Part shown: one piece after another, positions 54,960 to 56,920 of the stretch | How the letters are laid out: the number at the start of each line of letters is the position of its first letter | How positions within the stretch are numbered: position 1 is the stretch's first letter | Source: an archaeon | GTDB taxonomy: Archaea > AGJL01 > Methanococci > Methanococcales > Methanocaldococcaceae | Direction: 5' to 3' | DNA length: 56,920 nucleotides | Assembly: GCA_024278985.1 (NCBI GenBank) | Contig: JAJRSC010000011.1 | Location: 1 to 56,920, forward strand | Notes under the pieces: generated by a model | Database searches by the model: none | Seen by the model: only the letters and a program-made list of their open reading frames with translations | Told to the model about the DNA's origin: nothing | Position numbers and translations under genes: made by a program

Positions 54960-55455
54960 ATACAACAATAAAACCGCTAAATAAAAAATCCACAGATATA
55001 TTTATAGGAATTATAGAATTAATTTCAAATAATATTAAAAGGTTGGAGACGGTTTTGTAACAAGAAAGTTTTAAAGAGATGTAAAGAATTAAAAACCGAT
55101 TATATTGGGAAAATTAGAAAAAACCTTATAATTGAACTTTTCGGTAAAAGAGTTAAAATAGAAAAGTTGTTTAATAATCTCGACAAATTATAAAAAGAAA
55201 GCTGAGAATATTATAAACGAATATCTAAAAAGATATAAGATAGAGGAAAAGCATAAACGGGATAAATCAATTTTGAACGTTGAAGGAAATTATTTATCAT
55301 CAGAAAAGAGCAATATCGGATTTGTTAGATTAGCAGGGATGTTATTTAATTGTATCGAATATTTAAGATACAAAAATGGAATATCATTTTATAAAGTAGT
55401 TAAAAAGTGCAGTAAAGAATTAATAAAGAAGGGACTATCGTAATCACACGGTCAG
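54960..55455 (+). mobile_element. Eroded IS remnant, DDE transposase with YREK motif (IS4/IS701/ISH3-like)
   Basis: Frameshifted fragments VGDG / KKVLKRCKELKTDYIGKIRKN / LIISTN...EYLKRYKIEEKHKRDK (Y-2-R-3-E-6-K at 55222-55266) ending at TAA 55443; local CpG excess. Confidence 0.75.
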
Positions 55456-55491
55456 TTATATAAATTTAAGTATCGGAGGTTAGAGATAAGT

Positions 55492-56049
55492 ATGAGAATA
55501 TTGATATTAGTTATTACAATTTTTTTATTAATTGGAGGATGTTTAAATTATAATGATAACAATACTAACAATATTATTTTAAATAATCCACATTATTATG
55601 GTTATGTTGTTAAAGTAGTTGATGGAGATACTGTTTATGTTAAAGTAGATGGGAATCTTTGGAAAATAAGATTATTAGGGGTTGATACTCCAGAAATACA
55701 TAAAAAGAATAATCCCTATGAATACTATTTAATCAATGGAACACCTATAACTAACATAACATACTTAAAGTTATGGGGTTTAAAGGCAAAAGATTTTGCT
55801 GAAAAAGAGCTTTTACATAAAAAAGTTATTATAGTTTTTGATAAAAAAATAGAAAAAGATAGATATGGAAGATATTTAGCATATATCTATATTAACAAAT
55901 CTGGTAAGTTAATAAATTTTAATGAAGAACTTCTAAGATATGGATATGCAAGAGTGTATATTTCTGATTTTTCATTAAAAAATGAATTTTTAAGAATTGA
56001 AAGATATGCTAAAGAAAATAGAATAGGACTATGGAACTGGAGTGGTTAA
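55492..56049 (+). CDS. Thermonuclease (SNase) family lipoprotein
   Basis: Lipobox-like IGGC, VVDGDT, IRLLGVDTPE, DRYGRYLAY, GLW. Confidence 0.93.
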   Translation: MRILILVITIFLLIGGCLNYNDNNTNNIILNNPHYYGYVVKVVDGDTVYVKVDGNLWKIRLLGVDTPEIHKKNNPYEYYLINGTPITNITYLKLWGLKAKDFAEKELLHKKVIIVFDKKIEKDRYGRYLAYIYINKSGKLINFNEELLRYGYARVYISDFSLKNEFLRIERYAKENRIGLWNWSG

Positions 56050-56050
56050 A

Positions 56051-56716
56051 ATGATAAAGGAGATTTTTGAAAATGTTTATATTGTTGATGATAAATTAGC
56101 CACAAAATCAACAGTTAAAGGAAAGAAAGTTTATGATGAAAAAATCATAAAATTAGATAATGAAGAGTATAGAGTTTGGAATCCTTATAAAAGTAAATTA
56201 GCAGCTGCTATATTGAAAGGTCTAAAAACTTTACCTATAAAAAGAAATTCCAAAATTTTATATTTAGGAGCATCTGCTGGAACTACACCATCTCATGTTG
56301 CAGATATAGCAGATAAAGGAATTGTTTATGCAGTTGAATACTCTCCAAGAATTATGAGAGAGATGTTAGATGCCTGTGAAGGTAGAAAAAATATAATTCC
56401 AATATTAGGAGATGCCAACAAACCACAAGAATATAGTGATATTGAAATGGTTGATGTTATTTATGAGGATGTTGCTCAACCTAATCAGGCAGAGATTTTA
56501 ATTAAAAATGCTAAGTGGTTTTTAAAAAAAGATGGATATGCAATGATTGCCATAAAAGCCAGAAGTATAGATGTTACTAAAGACCCAAAAGAAATTTTTA
56601 AAGAGCAAAAAAATATTTTAGAGAATAGTGGTTTTAAAGTTTTGGAAGAGATTGATATAGAACCTTATGAAAAAGACCATATTATGTTTGTATGCAAATG
56701 GATTAGAGACTATTAA
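56051..56716 (+). CDS. flpA: Fibrillarin-like rRNA/tRNA 2'-O-methyltransferase
   Basis: EYRVWNP.KSKLAA, LYLGASAGTT.SHV, DVAQPNQA, IKARSID; ATG 56051. Confidence 0.97.
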   Translation: MIKEIFENVYIVDDKLATKSTVKGKKVYDEKIIKLDNEEYRVWNPYKSKLAAAILKGLKTLPIKRNSKILYLGASAGTTPSHVADIADKGIVYAVEYSPRIMREMLDACEGRKNIIPILGDANKPQEYSDIEMVDVIYEDVAQPNQAEILIKNAKWFLKKDGYAMIAIKARSIDVTKDPKEIFKEQKNILENSGFKVLEEIDIEPYEKDHIMFVCKWIRDY

Positions 56717-56719
56717 TAA

Positions 56720-56920
56720 TTAAACTTTAAATGTATTTGCTTGTTTTGAAAGAGTTTCAATTTCTTTCACAACTTCTTTTGTAGCTTTAGAAATTTCTTC
56801 GATTATAGCATTTAGTTCTTCAGTAGAGGCGGTTAGTTCTTCAGCGGTTGCTGCAAACTCTTCGGAGATAGATGCAACATCTTGTACATCTCTTAATGCT
56901 ACTTGGATATTTTCAGCGGC
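56720..56920 (-). CDS. Methyl-accepting chemotaxis protein, 3' end (partial)
   Basis: Manual translation [42 protein letters not shown]...NTFKV*; 23 residues identical to the MCP at 37192. Confidence 0.9.
   Translation of the reverse strand, partial: AAENIQVALRDVQDVASISEEFAATAEELTASTEELNAIIEEISKATKEVVKEIETLSKQANTFKV

Overview
Very AT-rich, CpG-poor chromosomal segment of a hydrogenotrophic Methanococcales archaeon, most like Methanocaldococcus. It carries the complete mcrBDCGA and mtrEDCBAFGH operons, ehbM/ehbO, cbiMNQO, ribosomal protein genes (S28e end, L24e, L44e, S27e), GINS, GatE, FtsY, fibrillarin and many housekeeping genes. Features missing from the ORF track: a canonical box C/D guide sRNA (39251-39319, minus) whose two guides pair with 23S rRNA H69 and H71; rps27e; a 50-aa membrane ORF coupled to pdxS; an eroded YREK-type DDE transposase; a second, partial chemoreceptor; and several palindromic operator candidates. 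The strongest pattern is four in-frame stops (C5-methylase, rps27e, aroD, ftsY), each one first-position G>T away from a Glu/Gly codon. There are also several G>T and C>T missense changes at normally conserved residues and a 1-nt frameshift in gatE. DNA damage or consensus error is the most parsimonious explanation; a heterozygous mutator state in a polyploid cell, or editing, cannot be excluded from sequence alone. A purK-purE pair and the chemoreceptors look laterally acquired. No CRISPR array, tRNA or rRNA was seen, and I cannot claim a clearly new multi-gene system. Comparisons with homologues are from recall and were not computed.
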